Virus record (IMG/VR): IMGVR_UViG_3300013744_000001
Span: 12,475 to 76,474 of that record
Length of the DNA stretch: 64,000 bases
Direction: 5' to 3' (one strand)
Source: a virus
Position numbers and translations under genes: made by a program. Numbering within the stretch: position 1 is the stretch's first letter; each line of letters starts with the position of its first letter. The notes beneath the pieces are model-generated. The model had not been told where the DNA came from and searched no databases. It worked only from the letters and a program-made list of their open reading frames with translations. Shown one piece after another: positions 53,237-61,341 of this stretch.

Positions 53237-54310
53237 TTAGGGTTGAGCAGGAGTTGTGCAGGACGCAATGACCTCCGGCTGATCCTGGTCGATGACGATG
53301 TAGCCCAGACCGAGGAAGCGATTGTCATAGACGTGCATGTGATGATAGAACAGCGTCTGATAGAAGACACTCTGCTCATCCTGCGACATCCAGTTGTGTG
53401 TTTTGATGCGCAAGCTGGCCTTGGCACCGAGGAACCTGCGCCCGAAGAGCACCGGATAAACGGTGTGCGAGCTGCCACCGTCAACACAGGTGTAGGACTC
53501 GATGCAGTCACCCGTAATGGGCAGGATGCCCCGCGGATGGCAGGAGAACACATCCTTGAACAGCGCACAGTTGGTGCACGCGCAGTTGGCAGCGTTGCGG
53601 CTCTGCAGATAGGTCTCGCTCTGCATCAGAACGTTTTCCATGATGGACGGCCCGAAGATGAAGGCGTCGGCATCGATACCCCGGTTCCACTCGCCCATCG
53701 GACTCACAGTCTTCGGCATCTGCTTGATGACGGACAGCACCGCCATGAAGAACTTGTCGGCATTGCGCGGATTGAAGAGAACCGGCGCACCGAAAGAACC
53801 AACAACGTTACGGCCATACAGCATGCCGGCGTCGTTACCTGTATTCTTCGGATGCACGTTGGCAATCAGCTCGCGATACCACCTGGCCATGATAGCCTGA
53901 CGCCCGGCTTCGATGCTCTTGGCCAACTGGGAGTTGAACCAGTCACGAAGAATGTTGTTCTGAGTGATGCACTCGAGCTGTTCCACAGCCAGTTTGTAGC
54001 GAAAACCGCCCTTGCGAAAACCGTGGAAGGTCTTGATGCGCGGCACGGAGAGCGTGTGCTCTTTCAGACCGCCGTCAAGCGCCGTATCCATCATGTCGGC
54101 TACGCTGTTGGAATCCTCGCACAGATAGGTGATGCTCTGGCACAGGTCCAGATTGGAATCCACGCGAAGAATGAGTTCCAGATTCAGCGTCTGGCGATAG
54201 ATTTCCAATACATACTCGGAAATCCTCGTACCAAACAATATCTGGAGTTCCTTGGAATCCTGCGCTGGGTAATTTGCAGCGTAGGGTACGCCATAACTTA
54301 CCATGCTCAT
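53237..54310 (-). CDS. putative major capsid protein (357 aa)
   Basis: Size and position immediately downstream of the scaffold-like gene; no motif-level support. Confidence 0.35.
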   Translation of the reverse strand: MSMVSYGVPYAANYPAQDSKELQILFGTRISEYVLEIYRQTLNLELILRVDSNLDLCQSITYLCEDSNSVADMMDTALDGGLKEHTLSVPRIKTFHGFRKGGFRYKLAVEQLECITQNNILRDWFNSQLAKSIEAGRQAIMARWYRELIANVHPKNTGNDAGMLYGRNVVGSFGAPVLFNPRNADKFFMAVLSVIKQMPKTVSPMGEWNRGIDADAFIFGPSIMENVLMQSETYLQSRNAANCACTNCALFKDVFSCHPRGILPITGDCIESYTCVDGGSSHTVYPVLFGRRFLGAKASLRIKTHNWMSQDEQSVFYQTLFYHHMHVYDNRFLGLGYIVIDQDQPEVIASCTTPAQP

Positions 54311-54356
54311 ATTTTACCTCGTCTTGTTGATGGCATCTCCATACGCCGGTTGTTAA

Positions 54357-54965
54357 TTACCTTGTTCCTGTACGCAGTTTGTCCAGTTGTTTCCCAGTTG
54401 TACTGAACCACTTTTCGGTAAATTCGTCAAGAGACATTTCACCTTTGCGAAATGAACCCCTGATATTGTCAAGCTCCGCTTCATCATCTGCAACCTGCTT
54501 CTTCACCGCCTTGGAAAGACGAATGTTGTCTGCTGTTGAATCATTCTGAGCGGAAGCGAAGTTCTTGAACACCGTATCGATGGCCTTGATCTTGTCCTCA
54601 TAGGAAGGACGGGACTTGATACGGGCCAGTGCAGTTTCTCCAAAGTCATCTGCTGTGTTCAAATAGTCGCCAAAAGCCGGATATGTCCGGGTAAGCTGCT
54701 GCAGCTTCTCCTCGAACATGGTGTCGAAGACCTTGTTCTCGGCATCTTTGGTCTGCTTGTTCAGCGCCTGTACGATCCTGGAGACCAGATCGTCACCTCC
54801 TGCCGTGCCCTCCGTGGCAGACGTGAACGAAGAAGCGTCTTTGGCAGAAGGTGACGCTGGCTGTTGTGTTTGCGGCTGTACTTGCGGCTGTGCTTGTTGC
54901 CCTATCAGGTTCACCACTTCCTCTTTGAACTCTGAGAGAATACTCTGTAGCTCTTCCTTTTCCAT
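54357..54965 (-). CDS. putative scaffolding protein (202 aa, acidic, helical, Q/P-rich linker)
   Basis: 'MEKEELQSILSEFKEEVVNLIGQQAQPQVQPQTQQPASP...' has scaffold-typical composition and sits upstream of the putative major capsid protein. Confidence 0.4.
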   Translation of the reverse strand: MEKEELQSILSEFKEEVVNLIGQQAQPQVQPQTQQPASPSAKDASSFTSATEGTAGGDDLVSRIVQALNKQTKDAENKVFDTMFEEKLQQLTRTYPAFGDYLNTADDFGETALARIKSRPSYEDKIKAIDTVFKNFASAQNDSTADNIRLSKAVKKQVADDEAELDNIRGSFRKGEMSLDEFTEKWFSTTGKQLDKLRTGTR

Positions 54966-54980
54966 GATTTGCTCCGTTGA

Positions 54981-55409
54981 TTATTGTTGGTGTTGTTCCT
55001 GATCCAAAGGCCTGATCTGATTCAGGAAATACAAACGAGCGCTGTTCAGCATCGCCTGTGCCATGTCATCTGTGGGCTGCTTTACGATAAGCCCCTGTGC
55101 CCTGGTCACAGCCTGAAAGAAAAGGGATTTGGAAAGAGGCTTCGCAAGAGGAGTGTAACAGAGGATGTTCCTGTGTTCCTTCTTGCCCAGAATATAGTAA
55201 GCCATGAAGTCTGTCACCTCGATCTCGGCAAGGAGTCGCAGATATTGCGCCTTGAACGTATCGGACGGCAGAGTCGTGTCGATGCGTCTCATCCTGTAAA
55301 GAGCGCTGGACAGGACACCTTCCAGTTCTGTCTTCGCCTTTTCTAGTATATTGATGTTACCTGTGAACCATTCGCTCTTTACAGGTACGAGATCGACAAA
55401 GGTCTTCAT
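54981..55409 (-). CDS. hypothetical protein (142 aa)
   Basis: ORF. Confidence 0.45.
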   Translation of the reverse strand: MKTFVDLVPVKSEWFTGNINILEKAKTELEGVLSSALYRMRRIDTTLPSDTFKAQYLRLLAEIEVTDFMAYYILGKKEHRNILCYTPLAKPLSKSLFFQAVTRAQGLIVKQPTDDMAQAMLNSARLYFLNQIRPLDQEQHQQ

Positions 55410-55422
55410 GTCTTCGGTTTAG

Positions 55423-56019
55423 TTACGGTTTGATTATCTTGTTCGTCCAATACTGACCCAGCCTCTCTGCGCAGGGGAGGAAGAGATCGGCTACAACTTC
55501 AGTGTAGATAAGAGACGCTTCGATTATGGTATAGTTCACACAGTCCTCCAGTACCTCGTTTACACATCTGTCCGCCTGAAGGAAGTAAGTACCCGGCCGT
55601 ACGATATACTCGAACTCCGCAACAGTCTGGGTAAAAGGGTTCAGACCCCAGTACACGACGCTGGAGTTGTACTCAGTGAACACTGTATTGTCACCATTTT
55701 CCCTCTTCATCGCACCCAGATCCCTCTGACACTGCCACCTGCGATAGCGTTTACCCACGTTGCAGTCCATGTAGCAGGAAGAATCCTCACCCACATCCGG
55801 AGTAGGAATACGGATGGCTGTAAAAGTCATCTTGTCATAGTACTCCTCGGGCGCGATGATGCTGACCAGCGCGACAAAGTTGGGCGGTACCACGATATCC
55901 GAGGAGCGGTAATCTTTGTAATGCTTGTACCGCTCTCTCGCTTTGCGGGAATCGAATATGCGAAACGGTCCCTGACCCTTTATGGTTCTGGCTTCGGCCA
56001 GTTGGTTTGGTGTATTCAT
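55423..56019 (-). CDS. hypothetical protein (198 aa)
   Basis: ORF. Confidence 0.45.
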   Translation of the reverse strand: MNTPNQLAEARTIKGQGPFRIFDSRKARERYKHYKDYRSSDIVVPPNFVALVSIIAPEEYYDKMTFTAIRIPTPDVGEDSSCYMDCNVGKRYRRWQCQRDLGAMKRENGDNTVFTEYNSSVVYWGLNPFTQTVAEFEYIVRPGTYFLQADRCVNEVLEDCVNYTIIEASLIYTEVVADLFLPCAERLGQYWTNKIIKP

Positions 56020-56025
56020 TTCGCG

Positions 56026-56493
56026 TCACTTGTTTATTTTGATGCCGAGAGCTTTCACCAAATCAGCCTTGAGACTTTCTTTCGCCGTAGACGAATGGAA
56101 GGTGATGGCCGCTGTCTCGGCCTCGAACACTGTGCTGAAATTCGCCTTGGCCTGTGCGTCCTCCGTAAAGAGCCTGGTCAGCTTGTCCTTCAAATAAGTT
56201 ACAAGGGCCGCATCCTCGGAGGTGGTTTTCTCGTTGTAAAGTGCGATGGCCTTCTCTGCAGCCGCCTTGCCCTTCTCGTTGACCAGACCGTAGAAACCTC
56301 TGGGCTCATTGGGATCTGCCAGACGAGCGGCGTAGGCGTCGTACTCTTCTTTGGTAATCTCCTTCTGCTTGTACCAGGGCTTATCCTTGGGAGTGCCGAT
56401 GAAGATACCGGAGGCCTCTTCCTCGTAGTTGGCTCCGATAGTCAGACCTTCTTTCTCCGACTCGGAACCGAAGCTGTAGTATTTTATACCCAT
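56026..56493 (-). CDS. hypothetical protein (155 aa)
   Basis: ORF. Confidence 0.45.
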   Translation of the reverse strand: MGIKYYSFGSESEKEGLTIGANYEEEASGIFIGTPKDKPWYKQKEITKEEYDAYAARLADPNEPRGFYGLVNEKGKAAAEKAIALYNEKTTSEDAALVTYLKDKLTRLFTEDAQAKANFSTVFEAETAAITFHSSTAKESLKADLVKALGIKINK

Positions 56494-56532
56494 GGTCGTA
56501 CCTCGTGTCTGTACCTTGTATCTGTTTTGGCT

Positions 56533-58623
56533 TTACGGAATCGGCTGCGTTATGGGACCTGCGCCCGGAGAAGTCGTCACGTTGTTGAAGAGCCTGATGT
56601 CGGGGAACATCATAATATGACAGTTCAGATCTCCGCCCTTCCACTTCACCCAAAACTCACAGTAGAGTGTAACACTCTGACCGGGTTGCAGAATCTCGTT
56701 CCAGTGACACACTTCGGCTCCCACGCTGCCACTCTCGTTCGAACCCCGGCCACCGATGCCGGACATGGCCAGACCACCGATGTTGCCCTTGCTGATTCTG
56801 TTGGCCACAGGATAGTCATTGATGGTGTGGAGGCTTTTGCTCATCATGAACACAACCTCTCCGTCGGTGGCGGTGGAGTCGTGGTTGGTGTGCATACCAC
56901 CGTGCAAGGTAGCCGTCAGGAGTGCGGGTGTCTTGAAGTTGTTCTTTACCGTTATCTGCAAGTACCGATTGACGTCATGCGTGCCACCCGTGCCCGGAGG
57001 GTCGATCGTCGCATTCCTGACCGCCCAGGTCGTACCGTGGAAGGTGCCGGTCCCTGAAGGGTTGTTAAGACCCAGGCAGGCCCCTGCTCCGACGAGGTCC
57101 TCGGTAAACCAAATGTGATTCACAGGGATGTCGATCCAGGGTACGCGTACATTCTTGTTGTTCACGCACGCGGCGATGGTTTTGTTCTCTTTGGCAATCT
57201 TGTCCAGTTCTTCCTGCGTCATCAGCGGGAAGGCACAAACACCCCAGGGCACTTTATAAGTCTGCCCCGTGGTCTGATTGTAGATGATGATATAGTAGTT
57301 GTGGGTCGAGTTGTCGATGTCGGGAACACTTTTGATCTCCACGCAGGAGAGGAGGAAATCGATCAGTTCCTGAGCCGTCATCTGAAAATCGATATAGCAG
57401 TCATCGAGTTTGGCCCAACCATGGAAACGAACGTTTTTGCAGAGATCGGTAATGAGTTTCTTCTGCTCTTCCCACGATTTATAATCGTGCCTGTTGGCCT
57501 GAAACTTCTCCCACCTGTCCTCGTTACAAACCCAGAACCAAATCTCTCCCTCGCAGCCCAGACGAATGGGTCCTGTGCCGAACGCAGGAGGACCGGAAGG
57601 GGGATTTTTGACCACAGGTACACAGATATACTCCGGAGTTGGGTGGAAGGTACTCTTCGGCAAAGGGAACCTAACCTCGTCACCATCCTTGCAGGCAATG
57701 ACAGTGAGCGAATTGGCCTTCTCCGCTTCTTCCTGCGTAATCAGAGGATACTCGCAGGGCCTCGGTGTGGGATCGTAGAAGGACTTGGGGAAAGGAACCT
57801 TTACATTCTGATCATCCACACAGGCAATCAGGTTTTTGATTTTGGCCGTGTTTACTTGATCGCTTGGGAGGAGAGGATAGGCACAGGGTTCGGGTGGGAA
57901 AGAAACCTTCACGTTCTGATCATCCACACAGGCGATCAGATTCTTCGTCGTAGCAGCCTGGAGTTTCGCATCCGAAATGACCGGATACTCGCAAGGGGGA
58001 GGAGGATAGGGGATCCTCACCTCGTGACCGTCTGCACAAGCCGCAAGAGTCAGGTCTGTAACATTCTTCACATCCTGTTGGGGAATTTTAGGCAGAGTAC
58101 AGATCGGAGGATGGGTCTTAATGACCAGAGGATCGTCCTCCGTACCCTTGCCGCAGATGAACTCGACATTCTCGCCTTTGATGTAGAGAGGAGGAAGAGA
58201 ATCGAGCCCTTCAATGGTTACTTTGAGAGTTGTGGTATTGACACAGAGAATGGAGCGGGAGAGCTTGATACACTTCAGCACCTGCTCTGCGAACTCGGCA
58301 AGCGTAATGGTCCCCTGAATACAACCCGTACCGGGGTCGTAGGCAACGGGAATCTGCAACAGCTTGCAGAGGTTCTGGATATTGTCCAGAGACACAGACT
58401 TGAGCTGGCAGAGAGAAAAGCGCTTGAACGGCAACCACTCTCTGATCTTACAGGCGAAGACCCAGAGTGTCTCGTTCTTCTCATCGTAGGCAAAGGGGAG
58501 TTGATCCGGTTCCGGTGCACAATCCGGAATACCGTCGGTCAGAGGTACACAGCCTATATCGACTGTCTTACATATCTCTGGTAACGGAATTCTCAGTCTG
58601 GAGTTGTCTTCGCAAGTCGGCAT
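56533..58623 (-). CDS. fibre/receptor-binding-like structural protein with Cys/Pro-containing ~35-aa tandem repeats (696 aa)
   Basis: Repeats 'CADGHEVRIPYPPPPCEYPVISDAKLQAATTKNLIAC', 'VDDQNVKVSFPPEPCAYPLLPSDQVNTAKIKNLIAC', 'VDDQNVKVPFP...PCEYPLITQEEAEKANSLTVIAC', 'KDGDEVRFPLP'. Globular C-terminal domain. Confidence 0.5.
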   Translation of the reverse strand: MPTCEDNSRLRIPLPEICKTVDIGCVPLTDGIPDCAPEPDQLPFAYDEKNETLWVFACKIREWLPFKRFSLCQLKSVSLDNIQNLCKLLQIPVAYDPGTGCIQGTITLAEFAEQVLKCIKLSRSILCVNTTTLKVTIEGLDSLPPLYIKGENVEFICGKGTEDDPLVIKTHPPICTLPKIPQQDVKNVTDLTLAACADGHEVRIPYPPPPCEYPVISDAKLQAATTKNLIACVDDQNVKVSFPPEPCAYPLLPSDQVNTAKIKNLIACVDDQNVKVPFPKSFYDPTPRPCEYPLITQEEAEKANSLTVIACKDGDEVRFPLPKSTFHPTPEYICVPVVKNPPSGPPAFGTGPIRLGCEGEIWFWVCNEDRWEKFQANRHDYKSWEEQKKLITDLCKNVRFHGWAKLDDCYIDFQMTAQELIDFLLSCVEIKSVPDIDNSTHNYYIIIYNQTTGQTYKVPWGVCAFPLMTQEELDKIAKENKTIAACVNNKNVRVPWIDIPVNHIWFTEDLVGAGACLGLNNPSGTGTFHGTTWAVRNATIDPPGTGGTHDVNRYLQITVKNNFKTPALLTATLHGGMHTNHDSTATDGEVVFMMSKSLHTINDYPVANRISKGNIGGLAMSGIGGRGSNESGSVGAEVCHWNEILQPGQSVTLYCEFWVKWKGGDLNCHIMMFPDIRLFNNVTTSPGAGPITQPIP

Positions 58624-58654
58624 TGTCTTTCACCTTTTGAATTTCTGGTCGTTT

Positions 58655-58942
58655 TCAGAGCAGCTTTTTGAGCTCTGCAAGTGTGATAGTCCCTTCAACA
58701 ACTCCGTTGCCTGTATCATATGTAACAGGAATATGAATGACCTGATCCAGATTCTTGATATTGCGCAAATCGACCTCCGAGAGCTGCGTCATGCTGAACG
58801 GTCGAACAGGTACCCAACGATCTTCCACAAAACACCAGAGGATGTTGTTATCCCTGTCAAACATCAGCGGCAGCTGGTCCGGAGAAGGAGGAAAAGCGGG
58901 GGTCTTGCTCGTGCCCTTCATGGGGCTGATCTGTGTGAACAT
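58655..58942 (-). CDS. small paralogue (95 aa) of the N-terminal domain of the 56533..58623 protein
   Basis: 'PSPDQLPLMFDRDNNILWCFVEDRWVPVRPFSMTQLSEVDLRNIKNLDQVIHIPVTYDTGNGVVEGTITLAEL' vs 'PEPDQLPFAYDEKNETLWVFACKIREWLPFKRFSLCQLKSVSLDNIQNLCKLLQIPVAYDPGTGCIQGTITLAEF'. Start chosen at the internal ATG with a GGGAGGTGGAG RBS. Confidence 0.5.
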   Translation of the reverse strand: MFTQISPMKGTSKTPAFPPSPDQLPLMFDRDNNILWCFVEDRWVPVRPFSMTQLSEVDLRNIKNLDQVIHIPVTYDTGNGVVEGTITLAELKKLL

Positions 58943-59040
58943 CTCCACCTCCCGAATATTCGCCCTCTGTCTTGTGTGAATGTCTCTTGAGTCTTTCATA
59001 TTTTTTATATATCTGAGTTTATATGGTTATGCTTATACCC

Positions 59041-59069
59041 AGTGTAACATAACTTATCCACGTGTCAAG
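59041..59069 (-). promoter_or_regulatory. sigma-70-like promoter for the minus-strand structural operon (-35 TTGACA, 17-nt spacer, -10 TACACT)
   Basis: Plus 'agtgta' at 59041-46 and 'tgtcaa' at 59064-69, read as a reverse complement. Confidence 0.5.
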
Positions 59070-59364
59070 GAAAAACGCACAGTTTTGTAACTGATGTCAT
59101 ACCTTGGCACGTGGCGACTATGCGCCAATTACGCTGACATTTGTCTACAATGTGAAGATATAATATCAGAGGCACTTTGTTTTTGCCATTTTTTAACATT
59201 TACAATGCGTGGGGTTCAATATCAAGACCAAGCCCCCGGCTGCAAAACCACAAAGCCCCCAATGGCCCATGTCGCCCGCCAGAGGGCCAGAGGGCCACAA
59301 CAAAAATCAATACAAAGCCGCGAAATACCATGTAACTATGCGATATCATTATTGAAAAAAATTG

Positions 59365-59393
59365 TTGACAAAAAATTGTGAACGCCGTATAGT
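59365..59393 (+). promoter_or_regulatory. near-consensus sigma-70 promoter (-35 TTGACA, 17-nt spacer, -10 TATAGT) driving the GC-rich moron
   Basis: 'attgTTGACAaaaaattgtgaacgccgTATAGTgtgg' read directly. Confidence 0.6.
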
Positions 59394-59435
59394 GTGGCCA
59401 TCACTAGGCATAGTGCCTGGTGACACGGCCTGGTG

Positions 59436-59452
59436 CTTGTGACGGTCACAAG
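59436..59452. promoter_or_regulatory. palindromic motif copy 1 'CTTGTGACGGTCACAAG' in the 5' leader of the 59504 gene
   Basis: 8-bp inverted repeat with a 1-nt centre; the same motif occurs 7 times in 59.4-63.4 kb. Confidence 0.7.
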
Positions 59453-59503
59453 CGCGCATGGCCACATAATACACAGGGAGCGAGGCTCCCAAGGAGCACT
59501 ACC

Positions 59504-60274
59504 ATGGCACGTAACAACAAGACCACCTCCGCCACCTCCACCACCACCACCGTCAAAATGTTACTGTTGGCGGTGGTAGACGCTTGCCGTGAGTCCACGG
59601 CGGCGTCACAACTGGCCGGCCAAGCCCTAGCCGGCGCCACCAGGGCCACTCAGGAGGCGCTTGATGCGATCCTGAGTGGCGTAGTGCCGGATCCGCGCAA
59701 GCCGGATCCGGCTAAAGTGCAGGCCTGTTGGCAGGCCTTGGACAAGGCCTTGCAGGCCGCAGGCTTGCCGAACTCCACAACTTGCCGGCGCGCGGAAATT
59801 GCAGAGTCCGCGCCGGACGAAGCGCGCGCTGCAGCGCGCATAGCTGCGGCTCTGTCGCAGCGCCTATCGCGCGCAACCAAGGCCGCCGTCAAGGCGGCTT
59901 GCGAGGACGGCCGCAAAACCGTCCGCTCTGGCAATATGTCGCCAGAGCGCGCAGAGACCGTCTTGACCAAGCGCCTCGCCGGTGTCCAATTGACGGACGC
60001 CGACAAAAAGGCTCTGCACGACGCATGCAGAGCAGGCGCAGGACTCACGGTGTCACCTGTAGCAATCCAGCCACAAGTAACGCCTGCAATTGCCAGCAAT
60101 CTGCTGGCGTCATGCCAGCGGATTGCAGACACTCTGCCACCACGTGAGGCGCTGGCAGAGGTAATGCGCATGTTGGAGAATGCGCTTGGAGAGACTACCA
60201 ATCTGCCGGTGACGCCCACGCCGGCAGAGACCAAGGCAAGAGCGCGAACTAGGCGCAAGCTCAAAGCCGCGTAA
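59504..60274 (+). CDS. Ala-rich hypothetical protein encoded by a GC-rich moron (256 aa; basic C-terminus 'KARARTRRKLKAA')
   Basis: AAGGAG RBS 8 nt upstream of the ATG at 59504. Local GC is visibly much higher than the window average. Own promoter upstream and intrinsic terminator downstream. Confidence 0.5.
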   Translation: MARNNKTTSATSTTTTVKMLLLAVVDACRESTAASQLAGQALAGATRATQEALDAILSGVVPDPRKPDPAKVQACWQALDKALQAAGLPNSTTCRRAEIAESAPDEARAAARIAAALSQRLSRATKAAVKAACEDGRKTVRSGNMSPERAETVLTKRLAGVQLTDADKKALHDACRAGAGLTVSPVAIQPQVTPAIASNLLASCQRIADTLPPREALAEVMRMLENALGETTNLPVTPTPAETKARARTRRKLKAA

Positions 60275-60293
60275 AGCGCGGCGTTGAGACCAA

Positions 60294-60326
60294 GCCCCCT
60301 AGCAGCAATGCCAGGGGGCTTTTTTG
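60294..60326 (+). terminator. rho-independent terminator
   Basis: Stem 'GCCCCCT'...'AGGGGGC' followed by TTTTTTG. Confidence 0.75.
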
Positions 60327-60331
60327 TATCC

Positions 60332-60424
60332 TGATGCCATGATGCCATGATGCCATGATGCCATGATGCCATGATGCCATGATGCCATGATGCCATGATG
60401 CCATGATGCCATGATGCCATGATG
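60332..60424. repeat. tandem array of ~11.5 copies of the 8-bp unit 'GATGCCAT' (CATG every 8 bp)
   Basis: Read directly: '(gatgccat)n'. Confidence 0.9.
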
Positions 60425-60440
60425 CTTGTGACCGTCACAA
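60425..60440. promoter_or_regulatory. palindromic motif copy 2 'CTTGTGACCGTCACAA' between the two 8-bp arrays, followed by 'TATAATAATA'
   Basis: Read directly. Confidence 0.65.
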
Positions 60441-60450
60441 TATAATAATA

Positions 60451-60547
60451 GTGGCATAGTGGCATGGTGGCATGGTGGCATGGTGGCATGGTGGCATAGT
60501 GGCATAGTGGCATGGTGGCATGGTGGCATGGTGGCATGGTGGCATGG
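60451..60547. repeat. second tandem array of ~12 copies of the related 8-bp unit 'GTGGCATG' (variant GTGGCATA)
   Basis: Read directly; the unit differs from array 1 at 2 of 8 positions. Confidence 0.9.
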
Positions 60548-60563
60548 CTTGTGACCGTCACAA
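60548..60563. promoter_or_regulatory. palindromic motif copy 3 'CTTGTGACCGTCACAA' closing the second array
   Basis: Read directly. Confidence 0.65.
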
Positions 60564-61107
60564 CTGCGCGCTTAGTAGGAAGTGGGTGATGGCGACATGC
60601 TCTGAAGTGAGTGCTTTGAGGCCTTGACACTGGACACTTTGACGCTCGAACTCTTAAATTTAAGGCCTTTTGATAAATTATACATACACCAAAAGGGTTT
60701 TCGTGTATGTATATATGAATGACGAAAAGTTTTTAATTTTTGCCGTAAATGTTGGAATAAACATTTCATCATTTTTCCCCAACTCTTAAATAATTAAGTG
60801 TTAACACAAAATTGTATATGGTACTCTGCACCATATAAACTTTAATCATAAGTAAAATTGATACTTCTGACTCTTTCCAGAGCCAACTCTTTAAAACTTT
60901 TGATGAAATGTTTATTCTAAAATTCCATAGAAAAAATAAAAACTTTATATCAAAATCAAACTAAAATCATAGTTCAATTCCGCTAAACATCAAAAAAACT
61001 GGAGTTCCCCCTACGTCTACCATTCAAAAAACTGATGGATTACCTTGAGGTTCAAAAATTTGTATCAAAAAAATTGATGGATTTTAAGTTAATTTTAAGG
61101 CCCGATC

Positions 61108-61144
61108 TGTTAAATTTAAAACCGACCATTTAAATTTAACAGAG
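61108..61144. other. 14-bp perfect inverted repeat 'CTGTTAAATTTAAA'...'TTTAAATTTAACAG' (7-nt spacer) in the AT-rich non-coding region
   Basis: Read directly; 'TTAAATTTAA' also recurs at ~60655 and (degenerate) ~60787. Confidence 0.6.
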
Positions 61145-61164
61145 CAACCACTTGAAAATAAATG

Positions 61165-61193
61165 TTGACAAATTATTGTAAATAGGATATAAT
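61165..61193 (+). promoter_or_regulatory. perfect consensus sigma-70 promoter (-35 TTGACA, 17-nt spacer, -10 TATAAT)
   Basis: 'aaatgTTGACAaattattgtaaataggaTATAATatagg' read directly; drives the plus-strand gene set starting at 61342. Confidence 0.65.
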
Positions 61194-61277
61194 ATAGGCA
61201 CAAAATAAAAAAAGGACCAGGGCAAAACCGACCTGGTCCGAACATCAAAAGCTCTGGTACAACCACACGGAACAGAG

Positions 61278-61294
61278 CTTGTGACGGTCACAAG
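61278..61294. promoter_or_regulatory. palindromic motif copy 4 'CTTGTGACGGTCACAAG', ~50 nt upstream of the 61342 start, preceded by hairpin 'GGACCAGG..CCTGGTCC'
   Basis: Read directly. Confidence 0.7.
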
Positions 61295-61341
61295 CGAAAA
61301 AGCCAGGGCGACAAAGGGACAAAGTCCCAGGGAGAAAAACC

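Noticed and set aside
59215-59260. tRNA-like 'GGGGTTCAATATC' segment in the 59.0-59.4 kb intergenic region
   Set aside because: No canonical GTTCRAnyC T-loop with a complementary acceptor stem could be assembled by eye; probably promoter-region DNA. A tRNAscan run would settle it.
60332-60547. Possible CRISPR array, given the regular short repeats
   Set aside because: The unit is only 8 bp and perfectly tandem with no unique spacers and no cas genes nearby; it is a microsatellite-like array, not CRISPR.
59650-60630. 326-aa minus-strand ORF (and the 76-aa ORF 60299..60529) across the GC-rich moron and repeat arrays
   Set aside because: The open frame is a by-product of high GC and the 8-bp repeat (it translates to 'HATMPLCHHATMP...'). 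It lacks an RBS and overlaps a better-supported plus-strand gene bracketed by promoter and terminator.
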